The notes beneath the pieces were generated by a model, which made no database searches, was not told the origin of the DNA, and saw nothing but the letters and a program-made list of their open reading frames with translations. From Octopus sinensis (Eukaryota), in NCBI RefSeq assembly GCF_006345805.1, contig NC_042998.1:189038001-189102000 (forward strand): DNA of 64,000 bases. The letters run 5' to 3'. Made by a program: the position numbers and the translations under genes. Positions 53,308 to 64,000 of this stretch are shown here, one piece after another; the stretch's first letter is position 1; every line of letters begins with the position of its first letter.

Positions 53308-54620
53308 CAGGATGCTTAAGATACTTGAGGACAGATTTATGTTTATAAAAAAAGACAGGTAAATAATAACAGATAATAACTTTATATATGAAAAAATGCT
53401 ATGAGTATAAAAATAAACCTTTCTATAATGTTATTCAATGAAGCCACCTTCAGCTTCAACAACTGCTTCTATATGAGATCTAAATCGTCAAGTGGTCCTG
53501 GTTCATTTTGGACATTACTCTGTTTATGGCGGCTTTCATAGAAGCCTTGGTGTTATGGGCGTGTTCATTGACTTCTCTCTCAACAACGCTCCACGTTGTA
53601 GGATCGCGGTTTCGATTTCCAGACCGGGCGTTGTGAGCGTTTATTGAGCGAAAACACCAAAACTCCACGAGGAGATTGAGATCTGGTGAATTAGAAGGCC
53701 AAACGTTAGGAGTTATGTGATCATGAAAATTTTCAGTCATATATTCCTGTGTTATTAGAGCCATGTGTGATAATGCAGAGTCTTACTGAAACACATATGG
53801 CCTCCCATTGCTTACACTGTCTATCCAGAGCTTAACAATTATTTCCAGGACTTCAGTGAAGGCGGAAGAGTTAACTCTAAGGCCTCGTGGAAAGAAGGCA
53901 GGAGGCATCACATGTCCTTCATTGCTGACAACTCCTAAAACCATGATAGATGCAGGAAATTTTGTATACATAACACTTGGGACTTCAGAAGGGTCTACAC
54001 ATAACGATCTGTCATTTCTTCTGTTAACTCTTTGATCTTGTTCGAAGTTTTTCTCGTTTGAGAAAAATCAAATCAAATCTTCTTCTGCGAGATTTTTCAG
54101 TTTGTTTAAGAGCCTTTTAGATCTGATGTAGTGATTTTCGTTTGCTTTTTCAGACAAATTGACCTTTCCTCATCATATAACATTTATATCTGATGACTTC
54201 GTGGACAACATATCTGACTCTTCCTTCTAACACATGGAGATCTTTTGCTATTGACCTCATGGACCTTCTGGGATTGTAATCAATGCTCTGTTGAACTTGC
54301 TGGATAACTTCAGATGTTCTGATGATTTCAGAGGGGTTGGAATGCTTTTTATGCTTTGATACTGGTAATACATTTCCATCTTCAGTCTCTAGCTCGTTAT
54401 AAACTTTGTAGACGAAAGATCTGACAACTTCTAAAACTCGAGATATTTCTAAATCACTATGCTCAGCCTTTACAACCCAATAACAGCATGCCTCTTCATT
54501 TCTTGAGTAAGCTGAGAGGGTCTGCCATTATTATTTTCTGAAACAAAGATTATACAGAGTTAGCAAAAAATGCAGTTGTGACTCAAGAAAAACATGTCCT
54601 CAAATATCGTACGCACCCTG
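53308..54620 (-). mobile_element. Full-length decayed maT-like (probable DD37D) Tc1/mariner transposon, 1313 bp
   Basis: TA-flanked TIRs caggatgcttaagatacttgaggaca / tgtcctcaaatatcgtacgcaccctg; transposase TKFPASIMVLGVVSNEGHVMPP..GRPYVFQ*DSALSH..NVWPSNSPDLNLL..WSVVERE; 37 residues separate the QDS Asp from the expected third Asp position. Confidence 0.92.
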
Positions 54621-54644
54621 TATATAAGCTGTGCATGTGTGTAT

Positions 54645-55052
54645 TTCAGATGTGAAGGGTCTTCCTATGATGCTGACATGCAGCGTCTGTGCAAGACCCT
54701 GCCTCAGTAAAGCTGAACTCAAGAGACATCTTCGTAGTCATAAAGCGAGACAGATGAGTGACAACCTGGCCACTGGTGGGGGTCTTACACACCATACTAA
54801 TCATATCTGTCAGGCATGTGGAAGAGAGTGTAATTCGGTAGGAGGACTTAAACGACATGCAAAGGTACAAGAAGCCCAGTTACAACTACAGCCGGCTATT
54901 ACCAGTAAAGGTTTTAGTTGTCAATTTTGTACAAGACATTGTAGATCTTTAGCTGGGCTAAAAAGTCACATTCGATCACAGCACCAGTAACAGTTAAGCT
55001 TCGTGCAATGGCCAAACTCGATAAGGCGGGGGGGGGCAGCCATAATAATAAT
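54645..55052 (+). mobile_element. 3' fragment of an RTE-like LINE encoding three C2H2-type zinc fingers, (ATA)n tail
   Basis: Open frame 54631-54990: CSVC-X12-HLRSH, CQAC-X12-HAKVQ (degenerate), CQFC-X12-HIRSQH with the CxSxxGL pattern; tail gcagccataataata; absent from the paralogous site at 57.9-58.5 kb. Confidence 0.72.
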
Positions 55053-55659
55053 GTACGTATCCTAAAAAGAAGAAAGTAGAACTAGTGGTGTAATAGTTAC
55101 GAATGCTTTAAATGACAAAATATCCACTTTATGTATTGCGTACTTTGCTTAGCTTAATAGGATTTTTCCCCCGATTTAAACAGAGACATATAACAATTAT
55201 TAAAGTTTTGTGAGTTGAGCCACCACAATAACGATTCTAATGCACTCAACACGATTTCAAAGAGAAAGGAAGTGCGGGGGTGGGGTGAGGTACGCGTGTG
55301 CGTGCATGCGTGCATGCACTCGTCCATGGATTCGTTTTTCTCTGACAACTGAATGCACAGAAACTGATCGTAATGTGCAAAAGTTAATCGAACCTAGGTA
55401 GACAATGCATGTACAAAGCGTGAATTCGCATCCTTTTAAACACCGCTTTCTTGGATAGAAACATCGTCAGACAGACAGGCAGATAGACACACACACACAT
55501 ACATACATAAACACGCTTGCACACACACACACACACACACACACGTGTGCACACGCACAAGTACTCGCGCATATGTATGTATGTACGTATGTACGTATGT
55601 ATGTGTGTGTGCGCGCGTTTATGTACACATATATATATTATGTTAGTACATATAGATAG

Positions 55660-55925
55660 ACAGAGGGGAGTTGGAAAGGGAGGGGAGAGGAGAGGGAGGG
55701 GAGAGGAGAGAGGGAGGGGAGAGAGGGAGGGGAGAGGGGAGATGGGGAGAGGTGATGGGGAGAGGTGATGGGGAGAAGGGGAGTGGAAAGGGAGAAGAGG
55801 AGAGAAGGGGTGGGGAGTGGAGACGGGGAAAGGAAGAGGGGAGGGGAGGGGAGGGGAGGGAGAAGGGGAGAGGGAGGGGAGAGGGAGGGGAAGGAGAAGG
55901 GGAGAGGGCGGGAGGGAGAGTGAAA
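55660..55925. repeat. G-rich polypurine tract (GGGGA/GGAGA)
   Basis: Direct inspection. Confidence 0.9.
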
Positions 55926-56381
55926 GAGAAACAGACACACATACAGTCACACACACACACATTCACGCACACAACACACACACACACATTCACGCACACA
56001 GTCACACATACACACACACACGCACATCGATATCAGCTGGTTCTCGCGTTCGAGAATTTTATTTTATTTCTTTTTTATTATGGGGGAAATATCCACAGGA
56101 ATAAAATTCCGATCGCATGGAATCGTTTACAGCGGATCTCAGTTTGCAAGGGGAGCGACCAACACACACCATGCTTTCAAGACCATTCTCTGCGATGCAT
56201 GTACGGCGGCGAGGGGTAGAAGTACCAAGCAATGAAAGTGCAACAGACGACTGTAATTGACCACAATTTGCACCTACTTAGCCAGTCTGTTTGATGTTAA
56301 CCGCCTCTGCCAGTTTAAAGGTGATTCAATTCAGACATTGCTGTTACCTGTTCGATGAGTGAGTTTGTGTGTTTATTTGTA

Positions 56382-56612
56382 TACTCTTTACTCTTTTACT
56401 CTTTTACTCGTTTCAGTCATTTGACTACGGCCATGCTGGAGCACCGCCTTTAGTCGAGCAAATCGAACCCCGGGACTTATTCTTTTGTAAGCCCAGTACT
56501 TATTCTATCGGTTTCTTTTTTGCCGAACCGCTAAGTGACGGGGACGTAAACACACCAGCATCGGTTGTCAAGCAATGCTAGGGGGACAAACACAGACACA
56601 AACACACACATT

Positions 56613-56647
<35 letters not shown>

Positions 56648-56649
56648 TA

Positions 56650-56687
<38 letters not shown>

Positions 56688-57245
56688 TAGCAGTATCGCC
56701 CGGCGTTGCTCAGGTTTGTAAGGGAAATAAATATAAAGCATTTTTAGAGAGTTATAGCCAAAAAATAGCAAAAAAATGGAAAAAAATTATGGTAAATTTT
56801 TTTTTTAGTTAAAAAAGGTGGAGTTGCGTCCCCTAGACAGTTTGCGGTTTGTGTTTCTGATTCTCGACCCCATGTCGAATTTATCGATTTTTTTCAGAAC
56901 TGGGGGAACTTTTCAAAATTTTCGCTGCGTTAGTTTTGAATTATGACATTGGGCTATGTGTGTGTCAAGTTTCATCAGAATCGGTTGAAAGCCGTGGTCA
57001 GGGTGAGGGTACAAGCAAACAGACACACAGAAACACGCACAGACAAACTGCCGTTTATATAGAGAGAGATATATACATATATACGACAGGCTTCTTTCAG
57101 TTTCCGTCTACCAAATCCACTCACAAGGCATTGGTCGGCCCGGGGCTATAGCAGAAGACACTTGCCCAAGATGCCACGCAGTGGGACTGAACCCGGAACC
57201 ATGTGGCTGGTTAGCAAGCTACTTACCACACAGCCACTCCTCCGC
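56382..57245 (-). mobile_element. SINE family B interrupted by a Helitron
   Basis: Both halves match 25848-26321; the insertion lies in its internal TA tract. Confidence 0.92.
56687..57069 (-). mobile_element. Non-autonomous Helitron nested in a SINE
   Basis: Minus strand a|TC tctctctatataaacggcag...acaaacctgagcaacgccgggcgatactgCTAG|t; A|T target, no TSD; aagtttcatcagaatcggttg motif. Confidence 0.87.
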
Positions 57246-57463
57246 ATTTGTATGCAGTTGTGAGTGTATGTTATTACATATTGGTATGTTAGTGTATAAG
57301 CGTGCGTACGTGTGCGAGCGGTGAGCTTTGTTTTGTCTAATACATGAGGTTGAGTTTCTGATCAAATTTGATGTTGGTGCGTGTGTGTGTATATATGTGC
57401 GTCTGTGTTTGTTCGTATGTGTCTGTCAGTGTGTGCACATGTATTGCGGTATGGTTTAATCGA

Positions 57464-57695
57464 AAGGCGGCGAGCTGGCAGAAACGTTAGCACGCCGGGC
57501 GAAATGCTTAGCGGTATTTCGTCTGCGTTACGTTGAGAGTTCAAATTCCGCCGAGGTCGACTTTGACTTTCATCCTTTCGAGGTCGATATACTAAGTACC
57601 AGTTACGCACTGGGGTCGATGTAATCGACATAATCCCTTTGTCTGTCCTTGTTTGTCCCCTCTATGTTTAGCCCCTTGTGGGTAGTAAAGAAATA
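57464..57695 (+). mobile_element. SINE family A with 16-bp TSD
   Basis: ggtatggtttaatcga (57448-57463) / ggtatggtttagtcga (57696-57711). Confidence 0.95.
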
Positions 57696-57707
57696 GGTAT
57701 GGTTTAG

Positions 57708-57906
57708 TCGAGATATTTCTAAATCACTATGCTCAGCCTTTTCAACCACAATAACAGCATGCCTCTTCATTTCTTGAGTAAGCTGAGGGTCTGCCATTAT
57801 TATTTTCTGAAACAAAGATTATACAGAGTTAGCAAAAAATGCAGTTGTGACTCAAAAAAGGTATGTCCTCAAATATCGTACGCACCCAGTATATAAGCTG
57901 TGCATG

Positions 57907-57940
<34 letters not shown>

Positions 57941-58606
57941 TGTATGTATGTATGTATGTATGTATGTATGTATGTATGTATGTATGTATGTATGTATGTA
58001 TGTACGCATGTGTGTATGTATGTGTGTATGTATGCATGTATGTACGTACGTATGTATGTACGTACGTACGTATGCATGTATGCATGTATGTATGTATGTA
58101 TGTATGTGTGTATGTATGTATGCATGTATGCATGTATGTATGCATGTATGCATGTATGTATGCATGTATGCATGTATGTATGTATGTATGTATGTATGTA
58201 TGTATGTATGCATGCATGTATGTATGTATGTATGTATGTATGTACGTATGTACGTATGTATGTATGTATGTATGTATGTATGTATGTACGTATGTACGCA
58301 TGTGTGTATGTATGTGTGTATGTATGCATGTATGTACGTACGTATGTATGTACGTACGTACGTATCCATGTATGCATGTATGTATGTATGTATGTATGTA
58401 TGCATGTATGCATGTATGTATGTATGTATGTATGTATTCATGTATGTATGCATGTATGTATGCATGTATGTATGCATGTATGTATGCATGTATGTATGTA
58501 TGTATGTATGTATCCTAAAAAGAAGAAAGTAGAACTAGTGGTGTAATAGTTTATGAATGCTTTAAATGACAAAATATCCACTTTATGTATTGCGTACTTT
58601 GCTTAG
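57708..58606 (+). repeat. Duplicated copy of 54438-55152 (maT end plus flank) carrying (TATG)n instead of the RTE insert
   Basis: 57708-57905 matches 54438-54640; 58510-58606 matches 55057-55152. Confidence 0.93.
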
Positions 58607-58689
58607 GTATTGCGGTATGGTTTAATCTGTTGTGCTTAATCTGTATGAGTTTGATACAGTTTCCTTGTCTGCATGTTAATGAATGTATG

Positions 58690-61600
58690 GAGGTGTATAT
58701 TAATTCATTGATATGTACGTGCATATGTACATGTGAATATGTACGTGCATGTGTGTGTGTATGTTTATGTATGTATGCACATGTATGTATGTACATGTGT
58801 GTACGTAAATGTGTGTATGTAAATGTGTGTATGTACATGTGTGTATGTACATGTGTGTATGTACATGTGTGTATGTTCATGTGTGTATGTCCATGTGTGT
58901 ATGTCCATGTGTGTATGTCCATGTGTGTATGTTCATATGTGTATGTTCATATGTGTATGTTTATGTGTGTATGTCCATGTGTGTATGTCCATGTGTGTAT
59001 GTCCATGTGTGTATGTCCATGTATGTATGTTCATATGTGTATGTTCATGTGTGTATGTTTATGTGTGTATGTACATGTGTGTATGTACATGTGTGTATGT
59101 TCATATGTGTATGTCCATGTGTGTATGTCCATGTATGTATGTTCATATGTGTATGTTCATATGTGTATGTTCATGTGTGTATGTTTATGTGTGTATGTAC
59201 ATGTGTGTATGTTCATATGTGTATGTCCATGTGTGTATGTCCATGTATGTATGTTCATATGTGTATGTTCATATGTGTATGTTCATGTGTGTATGTTTAT
59301 GTGTGTATGTACATGTGTGTATGTTCATATGTGTATGTCCATGTGTGTATGTCCATGTATGTATGTTCATATGTGTATGTTCATATGTGTATGTCCATGT
59401 GTGTATGTCCATGTGTGTATGTACATGTGTGTATGTTCATATGTGTATGTTCATATGTGTATGTTCATGTGTGTATGTTCATGTGTGTATGTCCATGTGT
59501 GTATGTCCATGTGTGTATGTCCATGTGTGTATGTCCATGTGTGTATGTCCTTGTGTGTATGTTCATATGTGTATGTTCATATGTGTATGTTTATGTGTGT
59601 ATGTACATGTGTGTATGTACATGTGTGTATGTTCATATGTGTATGTTTATGTGTGTATGTACATGTGTGTATGTTCATATGTGTATGTTTATGTGTGTAT
59701 GTACATGTGTGTATGCCCATGTGTGTATGTCCATGTGTGTATGTTTATGTGTGTATGTACATGTGTGTATGTACATGTGTGTATGTTCATGTGTGTATGT
59801 CCATGTGTGTATGTCCATGTGTGTATGTTCATATGTGTATGTTCATATGTGTATGTTTATGTGTGTATGTACATGTGTGTATGTACATGTGTGTATGTTC
59901 ATGTGTGTATGTTCATGTGTGTATGTCCATGTGTATATGTCCATGTGTGTATGTCCATGTGTGTATGTTCATATGTGTATGTTCATATGTGTATGTTTAT
60001 GTGTGTATGTACATGTGTGTATGTTTATGTGTGTATGTCCATGTGTGTATGTCCATGTGTGTATGTCCATGTGTGTATGTCCATGTGTGTATGTTCATAT
60101 GTGTATGTTCATATGTGTATGTTTATGTGTGTATGTACATGTGTGTATGTACATGTGTGTATGTTCATGTGTGTATGTCCATGTGTGTATGTCCATGTGT
60201 GTATGTCCATGTGTGTATGTTCATATGTGTATGTTCATGTGTGTATGTTTATGTGTGTATGTACATGTGTGTATGTTTATGTGTGTATGTACATGTGTGT
60301 ATGTCCATGTGTGTATGTCCATGTGTGTATGTTCATATGTGTATTTCATGTGTGTATGTTCATGTGTGTATGTTTATGTGTGTATGTCCATGTGTGTATG
60401 TTCATGTGTGTATGTTTATGTGTGTATGTCCATGTGTGTATGTTCATATGTGTATTTCATATGTGTATGTTCATGTGTGTATGTTTATGTGTGTATGTCC
60501 ATGTGTGTATGTTCATGTGTGTATGTTTATGTGTGTATGTACATGTGTGTATGTCCATGTGTGTATGTCCATGTGTGTATGTTCATATGTGTATGTTCAT
60601 GTGTGTATGTTTATGTGTGTATGTACATGTGTGTATGTACATGTGTGTATGTTCATATGTGTATGTTCATATGTGTATGTTTATGTGTGTATGTCCATGT
60701 GTGTATGTCCATGTATGTATGTTCATATGTGTATGTTCATATGTGTATGTTCATGTGTGTATGTTTATGTGTGTATGTACATGTGTGTATGTACATGTGT
60801 GTATGTTCATATGTGTATGTTCATATGTGTATGTTTATGTGTGTATGTCCATGTGTGTATGTCCATGTATGTATGTTCATATGTGTATGTTCATATGTGT
60901 ATGTTCATGTGTGTATGTTCATGTGTGTATGTCCATGTGTGTATGTCCATGTGTGTATGTCCATGTGTGTATGTCCATGTGTGTATGTCCATGTGTGTAT
61001 GTCCATGTGTGTATGTCCATGTGTGTATGTTCATATGTGTATGTTCATGTGTGTATGTTTATGTGTGTATGTTCATGTGTGTATGTTTATGTGTGTATGT
61101 ACATGTGTGTATGTCCATGTGTGTATGTCCATGTATGTATGTTCATATGTGTATGTTCATATGTGTATGTTTATGTGTGTATGTTCATATGTGTATGTTC
61201 ATATGTGTATGTTTATGTGTGTATGTTCATATGTGTATGTTTATGTGTGTATGTCCATGTGTGTATGTCCATGTGTGTATGTCCATGTATGTATGTTCAT
61301 ATGTGTATGTTCATATGTGTATGTTTATGTGTGTATGTACATATGTGTATGTCCATGTGTGTATGTTCATATGTGTATGTTCATATGTGTATGTTTATGT
61401 GTGTATGTTCATATGTGTATGTCCATGTGTGTATGTCCATGTATGTATGTTTATGTGTGTATGTTCATATGTGTATGTCCATGTGTGTATGTCCATGTAT
61501 GTATGTTTATGTGTGTATGTTCATGTGTGTATGTCCCTGTGTGTATGTCCATGTATGTATGTTTATGTGTGTATGTTCATGTGTGTATGTTTATGTGTGT

Positions 61601-64000
61601 ATGTCCATGTGTGTATGTCCATGTGTGTATGTCCATGTGTGTATGTCCATGTATGTATGTTCATATGTGTATGTCCATGTGTGTATGTCCATGTATGTAT
61701 GTTTATGTGTGTATGTTTATATGTGTATGTACATGTGTGTATGTCCATGTGTGTATGTCCATGTATGTATGTTTATGTGTGTATGTTTATGTGTGTATGT
61801 ACATGTGTGTATGTCCATGTGTATATGTTCATATGTGTATGTTCATGTGTGTATGTACATGTGTGTATGTACATGTGTGTATGTTCATATGTGTATGTTC
61901 ATGTGTGTATGTTCATGTGTGTATGTCCATGTGTGTATGTCCATGTGTGTATGTCCATGTGTGTATGTCCATGTGTGTATGTCCATGTGTGTATGTTTAT
62001 GTGTGTATGTACATGTGTGTATGTCCATGTGTGTATGTCCATGTGTGTATGTCCATGTATGTATGTTCATATGTGTATGTTTATGTGTGTATGTTCATAT
62101 GTGTATGTTCATATGTGTATGTTTATGTGTGTATGTACATGTGTGTATGTACATGTGTGTATGTCCATATGTGTATGTCCATGTGTGTATGTTCATGTGT
62201 GTATGTTCATGTGTGTATGTCCATGTGTGTATGTCCATGTGTGTATGTTCATATGTGTATGTTCATATGTGTATGTTTATGTGTGTATGTACATGTGTGT
62301 ATGTACATGTGTGTATGTCCATGTGTGTATGTCCATGTGTGTATGTCCATGTGTGTATGTCCATGTGTGTATGTCCATGTGTGTATGTCCATGTGTGTAT
62401 GTTCATATGTGTATGTTCATATGTGTATGTTTATGTGTGTATGTTTATGTGTGTATGTCCATGTGTGTATGTCCGTGTGTGTATGTCCATGTGTGTATGT
62501 CCATGTGTGTATGTTCATATGTGTATGTTCATATGTGTATGTTCATATGTGTATATTTATGTGTGTATGTACATGTGTGTATGTTCATGTGTGTATGTCC
62601 ATGTGTGTATGTTCATGTGTGTATGTCCATGTGTGTATGTCCATGTGTGTATGTTCATATGTGTATGTTCATATGTGTATGTTTATGTGTGTATGTTTAT
62701 GTGTGTATGTCCATGTGTGTATGTCCATGTGTGTATGTCCATGTGTGTATGTCCATGTATGTATGTTCATATGTGTATGTTCATATGTGTATGTTCATGT
62801 GTGTATGTTTATGTGTGTATGTTCATGTGTGTATGTCCATGTGTGTATGTCCATGTGTGTATGTCCATGTGTGTATGTCCATGTGTGTATGTCCATGTGT
62901 GTATGTTCATATGTGTATGTTCATATGTGTATGTCCATGTGTGTGTGTTCATATGTGTATGTTCATATGTGTAGTTCATGTGTGTATGTTTATGTGTGTA
63001 TGTCCATGTGGTATGTCCATGTGTGTGTATGTCCATGTGTGTATGTCCATGTGTGTATGTCCATGTGTGTATGTTCATATGTGTATGTTCATATGTGTAT
63101 GTCCATGTGTGTGTGTTCATATGTGTATGTTCATATGTGTATGTTTATGTGTGTATGTTTATGTGTGTATGTCCATGTGTGTATGTCCATGTGTGTATGT
63201 CCATGTGTGTATGTCCATGTGTGTATGTCCATGTGTGTATGTTCATATGTGTATGTTCATGTGTGTATGTACATGTGTGTATGTACATGTGTGTATGTTC
63301 ATATGTGTATGTTCATATGTGTATGTTCATGTTTGTATGTCCATGTGTGTATGTCCATGTGTGTATGTCCATGTGTGTATGTCCATGTGTGTATGTCCAT
63401 GTGTGTATGTCCATGTGTGTATGTTCATATGTGTATGTTCATGTGTGTATGTACATGTGTGTATGTACATGTGTGTATGTTCATATGTGTATGTTCATAT
63501 GTGTATGTTCATGTGTGTATGTCCATGTGTGTATGTCCATGTGTGTATGTCCATGTGTGTATGTCCATGTGTGTATGTCCATGTGTGTATGTTCATGTGT
63601 GTATGTCCATGTGTGTATGTCCATGTGTGTATGTCCATGTGTGTATGTCCATGTGTGTATGTCCATGTGTGTATGTTCATATGTGTATGTTCATATATGT
63701 ATGTCCATGTGTGTATGTTCATATGTGTATGTTTATGTGTGTATGTCCATGTGTGTATGTCCATGTATGTATGTTCATATGTGTATGTTCATATGTGTAT
63801 GTCCATGTGTGTATGTCCATGTATGTATGTTCATATGTGTATGTTCATATGTGTATGTCCATGTGTGTATGTCCATGTGTGTATGTTCATATGTGTATGT
63901 TCATATGTGTATGTTTATGTGTGTATGTACATGTGCGTATGTTCATGTGTGTATGTTCATGTGTGTATGTTCATGTGTGTATGTCCATGTGTGTATGTTC
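58690..64000. repeat. 14-bp variant minisatellite ATGTGTGTATGT(CC/TC/TT/AC), about 370 units, running off the window end
   Basis: Direct inspection; the 14-aa periodicity of the 1383-aa ORF reflects 3 x 14 bp. Confidence 0.97.

Noticed and set aside
54631-54990. Member of the octopus tandem C2H2-ZNF gene family
   Set aside because: Lacks TGEKP linkers and the typical finger consensus, has a LINE-like tail, and is absent from the duplicated paralogous site, so a retroelement origin is favoured.
58823-62974. 1383-aa Cys/Val/Met-rich ORF
   Set aside because: It is the translation of a stop-free 14-bp minisatellite; the 14-aa period equals three units. No independent sign of coding.

Overview
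Eukaryotic (animal) genomic DNA, almost certainly intergenic or intronic. The very dense simple repeats (TACA, GATA, TA, CA, GAT, GTA) and the tRNA-derived SINE families point to a cephalopod, most likely Octopus; this is inferred from repeat content only. No host protein-coding exon could be confidently identified, and nearly all ORFs in the supplied track are artefacts of stop-free microsatellites. Recognisable coding sequence is all from mobile elements: a 3'-truncated mariner (8.96-10.11 kb), a full-length maT-like element with both TIRs (53.31-54.62 kb), an RTE-LINE reverse transcriptase remnant (41.1-42.2 kb), an RTE 3' fragment with three C2H2 fingers (54.65-55.05 kb) and two Penelope-like GIY-YIG remnants (15.3-16.3 kb, 38.0-38.4 kb). 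Three SINE families and three non-autonomous Helitrons are also present. The most notable structures are: (i) several minimal type-I hammerhead-ribozyme motifs in inverted Penelope-type pseudo-LTRs, (ii) a 2.6-kb head-to-tail array of about 12 SINE copies whose mosaic variants indicate its origin, (iii) a local templated duplication giving paired empty and filled insertion sites, (iv) several foldback elements, and (v) a 14-bp variant minisatellite of more than 5 kb at the window end.
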